Assembly: GCA_963792075.1 (NCBI GenBank) | Contig: CAWBUW010000007.1 | Location: 974,429-1,038,428 of the forward strand | DNA length: 64,000 nucleotides | Source: an uncultured Chloroflexia bacterium | GTDB lineage: Bacteria; Chloroflexota; Anaerolineae; Anaerolineales; UBA4823 | Reading direction: 5' to 3' | Shown here: one piece after another, positions 27,504 to 38,629 of the stretch | Numbering within the stretch: position 1 is the stretch's first letter | Layout of the letters: the number at the start of each line of letters is the position of its first letter | Made by a program: the position numbers and the translations under genes | The notes under the pieces: generated by a model | Database searches by the model: none | What the model saw: only the letters and a program-made list of their open reading frames with translations | What the model was told of the DNA's origin: nothing

Positions 27504-28241
27504 CTACGCCTCCACCCGCCGCAGGCGTTTCCGCTCCGGCATACCCCAGGGTGGGCGCTCCAGCCGCTTCTTCTTGAGCTCGTCCAGGTTGGCATCGAAT
27601 TCCTGCATGAACTGGTCGCCCAGCCCCGCCAGCACCCCCACGTGGTACGCATCGATAAACCCCGGCTCCGTACCGGCAGCCACGCTCAGCCCGCTCTCAC
27701 GGCTGCGCAGCGCATACGCCGCACCGCCCATCTCCAGCAGGTGGAAGTGGTTCTTCGGCACCGTTGAGCCGGTCACCGCGGACCCGCTCCCGTACTCTTC
27801 GGGTGTCATGCCATCGATCGTATGCTCCAGGATGCCGTAATACAGCACGTAGTCATTCGCTGCCGGGAGGGTTGCGCCGGACACCTGGAAGCCGAAATGC
27901 GGCATGTACACCAGCGGGGGATTGGTGCTCCCCGCCGCATACCATACCCACCAGTCGGTGATCTTGTTCTCCGTGGTTGTGTTGGCAACCGTGCTCGCCG
28001 CGGGCCAGTGTAAATAAGCAACGTCGTTCGGCACCGTCAGCCCGCTCCAGGTGAACTCCAGGTCATACAGCCCGCCGTTTTTGAGCTGGGTCACCTTGCC
28101 CTCGATCCGTTCGAAAACCTGCCCGTAGCGCCAGACTGCCATGCGCAGGCAGCGGTCCAGCACCGCCGCGTCCCATTCATCAGCGGCGATGTCGCCCAAC
28201 AGGTCCCGTAACCCTCCGATCAAGACACTGTAATCACTCAT
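27504..28241 (-). CDS. phage-like module protein, unknown function (appears distantly related to 30782-31459)
   Basis: 245-aa ORF on the same strand and tightly packed. N-terminal LRDLLGD...W and basic C-terminal tail patterns are shared with the 225-aa gene. Confidence 0.55.
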   Translation of the reverse strand: MSDYSVLIGGLRDLLGDIAADEWDAAVLDRCLRMAVWRYGQVFERIEGKVTQLKNGGLYDLEFTWSGLTVPNDVAYLHWPAASTVANTTTENKITDWWVWYAAGSTNPPLVYMPHFGFQVSGATLPAANDYVLYYGILEHTIDGMTPEEYGSGSAVTGSTVPKNHFHLLEMGGAAYALRSRESGLSVAAGTEPGFIDAYHVGVLAGLGDQFMQEFDANLDELKKKRLERPPWGMPERKRLRRVEA

Positions 28242-28265
28242 TCTGATGGGTTACCTTTTTAATTT

Positions 28266-29441
<1,176 letters not shown>

Positions 29442-29559
29442 GAAAAAGAAGAAGAGAGAAGACGTAGAGAACCTTCAGAGCAGAAGCTGTTTTTTTTATT
29501 TCTTTCTTACTCCTCTTACTCTCTGCGCTCTCTGTGTCTCTGTGGTAAACCTCCGGGTT
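29442..29559. other. 118-bp unique centre between the two IS110 copies
   Basis: Purine-rich left half and pyrimidine-rich right half. Contains ctctctgtg and ctctgtggt (29528-29546), which resemble the IS right-end junction. Confidence 0.6.
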
Positions 29560-30736
<1,177 letters not shown>

Positions 30737-30781
30737 GTCCTCTGTTTTCTTTCTGGCCGGGCTGGGTAGTTACGATCGGTA

Positions 30782-31459
30782 TTAATAAATTCTGTCCTTG
30801 CTATCCATCTTCCAGCCTCCCGTCCAACCGCCGGGCGCACTCTCCTGCAACACCTGCTGGATACGCTCCCGGTACACCTGCTCCGCCCGCAGCGCGTTAA
30901 ATCCCAGGGCATGCAAGACATCGGCTTTTCTCTGGACGTCCATCTCTTCGCTCAGTTCCAGCGAGCTCAAGGCCTTCCAATGCACGAACAGCCTGACCAG
31001 CTCCAGGTGCTTCTCTGGGATGGTCAGGGTGGTGCTCTCCAGGCTCGGATACGTGTGCTCAGACAGGTAAGTGAACCCAATGCTGTCGCTTGCATTCGAC
31101 GGAGTTTGCCCCAGCACCAACGTCAGCGAGTATCCCTCCAGGCGCAGGTCGTAATATGCGCCGCCATAGAAATCCGCCTGGCGCTCGTCCTTGCGCCTCA
31201 ACATCGTCGGCGGCTCGTTCCCGGTGGGGTACTCCACCCCCAGCACGCCATGCACGATCGTCACCGCCGCTTCTGCATACACCACGTAGCTCCGCGTCCC
31301 TGCCACGGTATGCCAGGTCGCCGTCCGGGGATAGGGAAAGTGCAGGCTGTAATCATACACGGCCTGTTTCGTCCACTCATCCACCTGGCTGTCCGGGAAT
31401 GCCGTTGCATCCGTCAACAACTTACGCATCCCCAGCCTCAGCTCCGCTTTCGTGGTCAT
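30782..31459 (-). CDS. phage-like module protein, unknown function
   Basis: 225-aa ORF with an ATGA overlap to the upstream 69-aa ORF. Confidence 0.55.
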   Translation of the reverse strand: MTTKAELRLGMRKLLTDATAFPDSQVDEWTKQAVYDYSLHFPYPRTATWHTVAGTRSYVVYAEAAVTIVHGVLGVEYPTGNEPPTMLRRKDERQADFYGGAYYDLRLEGYSLTLVLGQTPSNASDSIGFTYLSEHTYPSLESTTLTIPEKHLELVRLFVHWKALSSLELSEEMDVQRKADVLHALGFNALRAEQVYRERIQQVLQESAPGGWTGGWKMDSKDRIY

Positions 31460-31665
31460 CGCTTACGTCCCTGCTTTTTCTCAGGATCGCGCTTCCTCCG
31501 AGGGAGGGTATTCGTTTCGCTGGCTTCGCCGCAGGTAGAGCTTGCGGCATCATACGCCACCTGCTTCCCGCCCAAGAGAGTCAGGTGAATTTTCGTTTCG
31601 CTTACTTGCTCAAAAGCAAGGATCGGAACGTCAATTCCGAGCGCCCGGACAGCTTGATACAACAA
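31456..31665 (-). CDS. small phage-like module protein with basic tail
   Basis: 69-aa ORF, overlap-coupled to the next gene. Confidence 0.4.
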   Translation of the reverse strand: MLYQAVRALGIDVPILAFEQVSETKIHLTLLGGKQVAYDAASSTCGEASETNTLPRRKRDPEKKQGRKR

Positions 31666-31690
31666 AATAGTGTTCTTCCATATTCCACTC

Positions 31691-31972
31691 CTACACCATC
31701 CCCACGATCAACCAGCAGACCCCCTCCCCATTCACCGCCGCATCGACCCAAAGGTTAGCCAGGTCATGCACGTAGTCAAATTCTGCTGCGTCTCCCGCGC
31801 TCAGCTCGAACCCGTTGGCACTGCTCACGTCGCCGCTGCCATCGTTTCCCAGGTACACCAGCCCAGTATTGGCTGCCAGCGCCTTGACCAGCAGCGCTGC
31901 GTTCACGGCCTGGTCTCCCAAAGTCACGGCTGTCCCTGCCGTGGTCACTATTTTCTTCCCGGATACTGCCAT
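31691..31972 (-). CDS. small phage-like module protein
   Basis: 93-aa ORF, Gly/Ala/Val-rich with beta character, downstream of the capsid genes. Confidence 0.5.
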   Translation of the reverse strand: MAVSGKKIVTTAGTAVTLGDQAVNAALLVKALAANTGLVYLGNDGSGDVSSANGFELSAGDAAEFDYVHDLANLWVDAAVNGEGVCWLIVGMV

Positions 31973-32002
31973 CGTTTCGCTCCTTCTTAAAGAGAATAAG
32001 TG

Positions 32003-32027
32003 GGTTTGGGGGCAAAGCCCCCAAACC
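32003..32027. repeat. hairpin inside the phage-like module
   Basis: ggtttgggggc-aaa-gcccccaaacc. Confidence 0.55.
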
Positions 32028-32038
32028 TACTTTATTAC

Positions 32039-32395
32039 CTAACCCTCGAGATACGTCAGCGCCAAAGTCACGTTGGCGGCCGCGGTTCCCGAAGAACCAT
32101 CGTAATCCAGCGTGATGAGCACCACATCGCCACCGGCGATGTGTGGGTACTGCGCGCCCGGAAAGTCAGCCTTCCCCTTCTCCACCGGGTTCCCGCTGTC
32201 CCCGATCGTGCATGCCGCCAGGTAAGCGTCATCGTCCTCCGGAGTGCCGATCTTCAAGGTCGCATCGCTGTCGTTCGTCGCCACCGCGCTCACGTGGATC
32301 AGCGTCATACCACACTCCGCGGTCCACTTGGGCGTAACGTTCGCTGCCAGTGTTCCCGGGATATGGATCGTTTGTAAGATCCGGTTACCTTGCAT
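32039..32395 (-). CDS. small phage-like module protein (decoration/adaptor position)
   Basis: 118-aa ORF immediately after the capsid gene. Confidence 0.5.
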   Translation of the reverse strand: MQGNRILQTIHIPGTLAANVTPKWTAECGMTLIHVSAVATNDSDATLKIGTPEDDDAYLAACTIGDSGNPVEKGKADFPGAQYPHIAGGDVVLITLDYDGSSGTAAANVTLALTYLEG

Positions 32396-32416
32396 TGCGT
32401 TCCTCCATCCTTCTCG

Positions 32417-34510
32417 CTAAGCTACATTATGCTTGTACAGCCCACGCCAATCGGTCGGCCCCACGGCATAGAAGAACCGCGCCTTGATCGGCATCGTGTC
32501 ATTGGTGAACATCAAGCCGGCGGTGGGACTCGCCACCGAGAAGATTTCCGGCGTCCGCCCGTAGCGGAAGCCCAACCCAATCGTGGGATACAGCAGCGGG
32601 TCAGCCACCGCTGCCCAGTTGTTCGTATCCGTCCACAGGTCGACGGTGACCACGCGTTCGCGTGCCGAGCGCAGTCGGGCGATCGCCAGGTTACCCTCGG
32701 CAAACACGTTATCCGGCGCGGCGACTCCGTTGCTCAAAGCGTAGGTGTAATCCTTTTCTGTGCCCAACACCTGCATGGCGGTGATCTCCAGGTCTGGCGG
32801 CACCAGCAGGTACTTCGGGGCTGTCAGCGCTCCCAGGCGCTCGGTGCTGTTCAGCTCGGCATGCTTGCGCATCGCCAGGCGGGTTGCCGCCCAGGAAGTG
32901 ATGGAAAGCGCGGTGCTCCCCAAATTGCCATGCCCGCTGGTAAAAAGCGCCGTGCTGTCGCTCATGGTCGGCCCGGTGCCGGTGTTATCCGTGAAGATCG
33001 CACTGACACTCTTGCTCAGGCTCAGCCAGGCAGCCTGCGCCAGCGCCCGCGGCGCGGCTGCCAGCCTGCGTGTATCGTCTTTATCGATGGCTTCCAGCGT
33101 GATCCCCAGATAGCCGCCTTTCTTCACGAAGCTGGCGGTTTCCGTCTGGTCATCCCAGGTCAGCTCGGTATAAGCCGCCCCCTCCGCCACCGTGGGGAGA
33201 TCCCCAACGCCACCCAGGGTAATCCACTTCACCTGCTGCAGGCTGGAGAAATCTTCCTGGAAAACGATCGGTTCCCACCAGCGCGGGTATTCCTGAAAGC
33301 CTTTCACCACGCTCTTATTCAGCGCGTTGGCGACCATCCCCGCCATCGTACTGGCATTCACGTTGGCGAACTGGACTCGCTCAGGCCGGTATAACCCGGT
33401 CATTTCATAATCCCCGGACAGGAGCACGTACGCCTCCCGGATGCCGCTCAGGGGATGCACCCCGCCCTCGGGCATGCGTCCCTGCATCAGCGCCTCCAAC
33501 GCCACCTGCAGGCGCTCCAGCCCATCCATTCCAACCTGCACATGCCCGCCGCGCGGCGCCTGCCCCCCGATCTGCACCACGTTTGCCTGCCCCAGCTTCG
33601 CCAGGTAGTCGCGCTCCGCTGCGATCGCCATCTCAACCTGGTCAGGGCCGGTGAGACCCAGCGTCGCCAGCCGCTCCCGGCTGGCTGCCGGCAGCCCGCT
33701 GGATGCCAACATGGCCTGGGTGGCCGCCCTGGCCACGGCTGGCAGCCAAGCCTCGGCTCCGGCAGCCCCGTGGGGAGCCGCGCCGGCACCCACCTCCGTA
33801 CGGTCCTTCGTATCTGCTTCCCTCACGGCCTGACCTCCCTCGAATTTCGTTTGTTCTTCGTTCATTCCTTCCTCCAAAGTCTTTGTTTGAACCATCCCAC
33901 AATTCAGGCAAATCATCTCATCCGCGCACGCATGCCAATCGTGCGCCCCCTCGCAATCTTGCAGCCTCCTTTCTCCACTCAGCGCCCTCAGCAGCCGCCC
34001 ATCCGCTGCCGGCTGGAACACCAGGTCCAGGCTTTCTATGTGCTTGATCTCCACCACCTGCCGCACCCCGTGTTCATGGATCCCCCACCTGGGGTAAAAC
34101 ACCATGCTCAATCCCACGTCCGGCGCGGATTCTCCTTGCGCCAGGATTTCATCCAGCAGATCCCCTACGTCTTTGACCACTCCGTACAGCTCGATCACCC
34201 CTTCCACCGCCTGGGCGGTCGCGTTCCAGGTCGCCTCCCGCGTCACCCCTACCAGGTTGCGCAGGCTGGCGTTTTCAAACAGGCCCACGTGGTCCACGAA
34301 CACAGCCCGGCCTTCGAAAAGCTGGCTTTCCACAGCCGCCTGCAGCGCCGAGGCCAGGAGGTCGATATCTCCGGGTTCGTTCCCGGCCGCCCGCACCCGG
34401 CCGGCGCGGGCAAACCGCGCCGCATAGCACCGTTTGCCATCCGTTTGCGTGCGCACGGATCGCAGGCCGATCCCCGTGCCTAAGTCACATCGCATCCTTC
34501 CGATCATCAT
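32417..34510 (-). CDS. putative major capsid protein fused to an N-terminal protease/scaffold-like region
   Basis: About 700 aa between portal and small head genes. The C-terminal ~350 aa looks like a phage major capsid protein (my recognition only). AGGAGG lies before ATGATG at 34510/34507. Confidence 0.55.
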   Translation of the reverse strand: MMIGRMRCDLGTGIGLRSVRTQTDGKRCYAARFARAGRVRAAGNEPGDIDLLASALQAAVESQLFEGRAVFVDHVGLFENASLRNLVGVTREATWNATAQAVEGVIELYGVVKDVGDLLDEILAQGESAPDVGLSMVFYPRWGIHEHGVRQVVEIKHIESLDLVFQPAADGRLLRALSGERRLQDCEGAHDWHACADEMICLNCGMVQTKTLEEGMNEEQTKFEGGQAVREADTKDRTEVGAGAAPHGAAGAEAWLPAVARAATQAMLASSGLPAASRERLATLGLTGPDQVEMAIAAERDYLAKLGQANVVQIGGQAPRGGHVQVGMDGLERLQVALEALMQGRMPEGGVHPLSGIREAYVLLSGDYEMTGLYRPERVQFANVNASTMAGMVANALNKSVVKGFQEYPRWWEPIVFQEDFSSLQQVKWITLGGVGDLPTVAEGAAYTELTWDDQTETASFVKKGGYLGITLEAIDKDDTRRLAAAPRALAQAAWLSLSKSVSAIFTDNTGTGPTMSDSTALFTSGHGNLGSTALSITSWAATRLAMRKHAELNSTERLGALTAPKYLLVPPDLEITAMQVLGTEKDYTYALSNGVAAPDNVFAEGNLAIARLRSARERVVTVDLWTDTNNWAAVADPLLYPTIGLGFRYGRTPEIFSVASPTAGLMFTNDTMPIKARFFYAVGPTDWRGLYKHNVA

Positions 34511-34552
34511 TTCCTCCTGTCTTCTCGTTTCACTCAGAAGAGGAATGGGGGG

Positions 34553-34579
34553 AAAATGTGGGGGCAAAGCCCCACATTT
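34553..34579. repeat. hairpin between the portal and capsid genes
   Basis: aaatgtgggggc-aaa-gccccacattt (one bulged G). Confidence 0.5.
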
Positions 34580-34602
34580 CACCCCCCAGCCTCCACTTAT
34601 AC

Positions 34603-35931
34603 CTACTCTTCCCAGGGATGGGCCAGCGCCTCTGCGTACATCGCCTCGATATCTTCTTCGGCCTGGGGTGAAGCGGCGGCTTTCATCGTCAGCTTGACTC
34701 CCAGTTTGGCCAGGCTTTCGCTCCTCCCCGGCATTTGGGGGTTCAGGATCTGCATTGCGGTTGCCATCTCCCGCGCCGCCCGCGCCGTGCTCTCGTTATC
34801 CCACCGGCTCACGTCTGGCGTGATCAGCTTGAACAGCCGGGCATAGTCCTCGAAGGGCAGCGGGTTGGCCAGCCCCAGGGCCGCTTTCCGCCGGTAGGCC
34901 TGGAAGAGGATATCCTGGAGCATGTACCCGAAATACTGCTGCCGCCGCAGCAGGTGCCGCTCGGTAGGCCCTTGCATCGCCGTCGCCGTCGCCAGGTTGG
35001 CGTCCCCGGCTTCTCCCCGCCAGTGGGGCGGGTAGCCGCTGCCGGCGTCGATCATGCCGCGCACCGCCTGGAGGTCATACTTTGCATCCAGCCCTTTCAG
35101 GTCCGGCGCAACCGCTTCCCACGCCTCGGCCTCGTCCTTCACCACGATGTTCCCGCTTTCCGGCTGGGTGCGGTATTGTTCTTGCTTCGCTTTCACCATG
35201 TTGGTGGGCACGGTCACGAACCACAAGAATGAACGCACTGCCCAGTGCAGTTGGACCCGGTCCTCCAGCATCCGGCTGTAGCGCTGCAGCCAGGGCAGCA
35301 TGGTGGTCAGGTCGCTCTCGCCCAGCAGCGCGCCGACCGGCCGGTTCACGGCGTAGTGCAGCATGATCCCTTCTGCCTCCGCCGCCTCGGGATGGTTTGG
35401 GCTGAGCCACACTTTGACCCGGCCTCCGGCGTCGAGCGCTTCGTGATACTCCAGCTCCTTTTCCCAATCGTTCTCCGCGGTCACGATCTTGGTGATCCGG
35501 TCTTTGGTCACCAGGCGCAAATAGCTCATACCGTCCTGCGCGTTGCGGAACAGGACAATAAAAAGGTCGCCGCTGCGCGCCAGCTCATCGCTGAGCCCTT
35601 CCAGGCGCAGGTCCATGTGGTTTTCGCTGTGGTTCCAGAACTGCCGGATGAAAATGTCCAGGTCTTTTACCGGGCTGTCCAGCCTCAGTTGGTCGCCCAC
35701 CAGGTAATCGGTCGTGATCGCCACGATGCGCCAGGCAATGGGGTTCTTGCGCCAGGCTACCAGCGCATCCTGGTAAAGCTCCTGCACCTGCGGCCATTCG
35801 TAATCGTGCGATTTCCCGCTCGCGGAGGCCCACCCGCTCGAATCGTCCACCCGCGCCTGCACCGTGCCTGCCTCGCTGCGGCCCGCTCTGTCCCGGCTCT
35901 CTCCCCAGGCCTGGATCCATCGTCTGAACAT
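34603..35931 (-). CDS. putative phage portal protein
   Basis: 443 aa directly after TerL, with a TGATG stop/start overlap at 35929-35933. Size and position are typical for a portal. Confidence 0.6.
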   Translation of the reverse strand: MFRRWIQAWGESRDRAGRSEAGTVQARVDDSSGWASASGKSHDYEWPQVQELYQDALVAWRKNPIAWRIVAITTDYLVGDQLRLDSPVKDLDIFIRQFWNHSENHMDLRLEGLSDELARSGDLFIVLFRNAQDGMSYLRLVTKDRITKIVTAENDWEKELEYHEALDAGGRVKVWLSPNHPEAAEAEGIMLHYAVNRPVGALLGESDLTTMLPWLQRYSRMLEDRVQLHWAVRSFLWFVTVPTNMVKAKQEQYRTQPESGNIVVKDEAEAWEAVAPDLKGLDAKYDLQAVRGMIDAGSGYPPHWRGEAGDANLATATAMQGPTERHLLRRQQYFGYMLQDILFQAYRRKAALGLANPLPFEDYARLFKLITPDVSRWDNESTARAAREMATAMQILNPQMPGRSESLAKLGVKLTMKAAASPQAEEDIEAMYAEALAHPWEE

Positions 35932-37622
35932 CAATACACCTCCCTCATCCCCTCCAGGGGGCTGCGGCCCGCCACCACTGCGCTCTCGGCCCGGCCCCAG
36001 GACAGCTTGTCCAGCAGAGCGCACAGCGCCGCGCTGAGCAGCAGGTCATCGTGCACCAGCTCGCCGGTCACCCCATCCCGGGTCCCATCGGGCACGCCCC
36101 AGCGCAGCAGCCGCCCAGGTCCAGGCAGCACCTGCGCCTGGCAGTGCCGGAGCTGGTTGATAAAAGTTTCCTGCGCCCCGCTTCCCCCTCCCGCGGCGGA
36201 AGGCGGTGTTACAGGCGCGTGGTCCTTGAAGCGTCCCGTCTCCACGACTGCCAGGAAGGACCAACCCAGGTCAGACTTGCTCTTCTGCGAAAATACAAAG
36301 GGCATCACCTTCCCCGGCAGCGCCTTTTCCAGGAAGCTGGCCAGCCCGGCGCCTACTCCTGTGGCATCGATCACCACGGTTTTGGCCTGCCACAGCTCCG
36401 CCAGCGCCTTGATCTCGCCGTACAGGGCGCTGTGCATCGTCCCTGTCCACACGCGGCGCTCCATCACCCGGTAGGTCGGCGCGCGCAGGTGTTCATCCTC
36501 CAGGGAGCACAGGTCTACTTCCACCACGGTCAGTGCGGTGCTGTCCCTCCGCAGCCCGGCAGAGGCTGCGGCCAGAAGGCCGGGGCTGATGTTCAGGTCC
36601 GCCGCGCCGTTCTCCCCGTTCTCCTCCCCGCCCACGTCCAGGAGCAGGGCATACACCTTCCCGGACTGCGGTGCGACCTGCCGCGCATGGCTGCCTTGCA
36701 TCATGGCCTGCCTCGATTCGTCGAATAACCCTCCCTGCGCTTCCAGCTCCTCCCCAAAATACTGCGTTTTTACCAGTGGGTGCTGCCTCCCCATGCGCCG
36801 CACTTGCTCGGCGACGTGCAGCCCATAAGCCGGGACCTCCCGGGCCACATCATCCGCGGAGAGGATGAACACACGCCGGATCCCATCTTCCCTTTCTGCG
36901 AGCTGCGCTGCACGCAGCTCACGCGCCAGCAGGGTCTGGCTGGTCCAGGCTGTGCCCCAGAAGACGCGCGTGGCGTTCGTGCTGGCTGCCATCGGGGCAA
37001 TGTCCTTGTCCCACTTCGCCGGCAGTACGTCTTGCGCCTCGTCACAGCTCAGCAGCGTGCTGGCGGTTGCCCCGACCACATTTGCCGTCGGCTCCCCGGA
37101 CAGGAAATAAATGTGCGCCCCGCCCATGCGGTAGACGTAGCCCTGTTCCTTCCGCCAGCGCCCACGCGTCAGCGGGTTGCGCCCCAACACCCGCTCCAGC
37201 CGCCGCATGGCGTTCAGGCTCTGCGGCTTCCAGGTCGGACTGATCTTCACCATCTCTCCGCCCTGCGCCGCCAACTGCGCCAGCAGATATGCCTCGATCT
37301 GCGCCTGCAGCTCGTTCTTTCCGCTCTGCCGGGGGAACATGACCACGAAGCTCAGCCCTGAGCCTTGAAACACCGACGCAACCACCGCCCGGGCCACTGC
37401 TTCCTGGTACGACCGCAGCCGGATTTGAGCCGCCTGGTGCACAAATTCGACCACGTCTCGCGGCAGCGCCGCCTGGGCGCTCTCTGTCTTGAGCAGCAGC
37501 TCGAGCGCTGCGGCCTTTAATTTCCTCAGGCTGACCTTCCAGAACGGATTCTGCTCCATGTAATAATTAGACCCAGCTACCACAGGTAAGATCTTGGCTT
37601 CTTCTACCGGACTCAGCGCCAT
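35931..37622 (-). CDS. phage terminase large subunit
   Basis: Walker A-like FPRQSGKN, Walker B-like LLSCDEAQD and a C-terminal nuclease-size domain, 563 aa. Confidence 0.75.
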   Translation of the reverse strand: MALSPVEEAKILPVVAGSNYYMEQNPFWKVSLRKLKAAALELLLKTESAQAALPRDVVEFVHQAAQIRLRSYQEAVARAVVASVFQGSGLSFVVMFPRQSGKNELQAQIEAYLLAQLAAQGGEMVKISPTWKPQSLNAMRRLERVLGRNPLTRGRWRKEQGYVYRMGGAHIYFLSGEPTANVVGATASTLLSCDEAQDVLPAKWDKDIAPMAASTNATRVFWGTAWTSQTLLARELRAAQLAEREDGIRRVFILSADDVAREVPAYGLHVAEQVRRMGRQHPLVKTQYFGEELEAQGGLFDESRQAMMQGSHARQVAPQSGKVYALLLDVGGEENGENGAADLNISPGLLAAASAGLRRDSTALTVVEVDLCSLEDEHLRAPTYRVMERRVWTGTMHSALYGEIKALAELWQAKTVVIDATGVGAGLASFLEKALPGKVMPFVFSQKSKSDLGWSFLAVVETGRFKDHAPVTPPSAAGGGSGAQETFINQLRHCQAQVLPGPGRLLRWGVPDGTRDGVTGELVHDDLLLSAALCALLDKLSWGRAESAVVAGRSPLEGMREVY

Positions 37623-37625
37623 CGT

Positions 37626-37874
37626 TCAGCCTCCCAGGAATGCCCGCAGTAACGCCAACAAGGACATGACACTGCTCCCCGCAGAAGCCAACCCGGACCA
37701 CATGCGGAACTGCACCACCCCCTCCGTGGCTGCACGGATGCGCGTCTCGTGGTCGGCCACCTCTTTCTCCAATACTTCCAGCCTTTGAGACAGCATCTTA
37801 TTTTCTAAGCGCAGCAGGTCTACCAGGTGGCTGATCTGCTCGCCGATCAAGCTCCCTTGTGGTTCTGGCATCAC
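37626..37874 (-). CDS. small coiled-coil protein with hydrophobic C-terminus
   Basis: 82-aa ORF between the TerS-like and TerL genes, overlapping its neighbours by a few nt. Confidence 0.4.
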   Translation of the reverse strand: MMPEPQGSLIGEQISHLVDLLRLENKMLSQRLEVLEKEVADHETRIRAATEGVVQFRMWSGLASAGSSVMSLLALLRAFLGG

Positions 37875-38413
37875 TTGCTCCCCTCATTTTGTTCTTTCCT
37901 GATCTGATCGGTCTTGGATTTGATATCATTACCGATCCCTTGGACCGTTTCTGTACCCTGGGGCGCTTTTAAGACCTGCTGTGCACGCATTAAATTCGCC
38001 AGCCGCATAGCGCCCTGGCTCAGGCTCTCTAACACCTGGATCCACAGTTTCAGGCTGGGCTGCTCATCGCTTTCCGAAACAGCCTCTCCTCCGCTGTCTT
38101 TTATAAAATCGAAGGAAAACTGGGCGTCCAGGCCGTCTTCTGCCAGGAGCCCTTCTTCCTCCAGGTCTTCCAGGTCATTTCCGTATTGGCTGGCCAGCCT
38201 GAAGATGCGCCGCATCGCCACGCGCAGAATCGAGATTTCGCCAGCCAGGTCAGACTGCGAAAGTAATTCCGTCTCGCGTTTTGCTTTGATCAGCGCCTCT
38301 TCATCTGCCAACTCCCGGCGGGCGGCGCGGCTGATCTGCCTCTGCCGGCTTTCACCCGGCAGCGCATCCTTACGGCTCTTCTTATTCCTTATTTTTGGTT
38401 TTGGATCGTTCAT
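37871..38413 (-). CDS. first gene of the phage-like module, small-terminase position; basic N-terminus
   Basis: Start chosen at MNDPKPKIRNKKSRK (ATG at 38413, AAGAGGG upstream). Function inferred from position only. Confidence 0.45.
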   Translation of the reverse strand: MNDPKPKIRNKKSRKDALPGESRQRQISRAARRELADEEALIKAKRETELLSQSDLAGEISILRVAMRRIFRLASQYGNDLEDLEEEGLLAEDGLDAQFSFDFIKDSGGEAVSESDEQPSLKLWIQVLESLSQGAMRLANLMRAQQVLKAPQGTETVQGIGNDIKSKTDQIRKEQNEGSK

Positions 38414-38425
38414 CCCTCTTAGTAT

Positions 38426-38443
38426 ATAGAACAATTGTTCTAT
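38426..38443. promoter_or_regulatory. 18-bp perfect palindrome ATAGAACAATTGTTCTAT containing GAAC-N4-GTTC (LexA/Cheo-box-like operator)
   Basis: Lies 13 nt upstream of the first ATG of the phage-like module (minus strand). A TATACT -10-like hexamer overlaps it. Confidence 0.55.
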
Positions 38444-38629
38444 GCGTAAGAGGCAAATCAAACTGGAACAAAACTGGAATGTTTCTGCAACAGTGCACGC
38501 ACAAAACACTCTACACCCCCTTTTAATGAAATATTAATCCTACATTAATGTTTCGCGTTGATCTATTTGCTATAGTAGTTTTTAATGTTGTTTTAAGCAA
38601 CAACAATTGCATACCAGGGAGGAATAACA

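Noticed and set aside
32390-36474. Plus-strand ORFs of 334, 342 and 409 aa (32390-33394, 33455-34483, 35245-36474) across the capsid, portal and terminase genes.
   Set aside because: They are antisense to a coherent, overlap-coupled head-gene operon, and their translations are Pro/Arg/His-rich low-complexity sequences.
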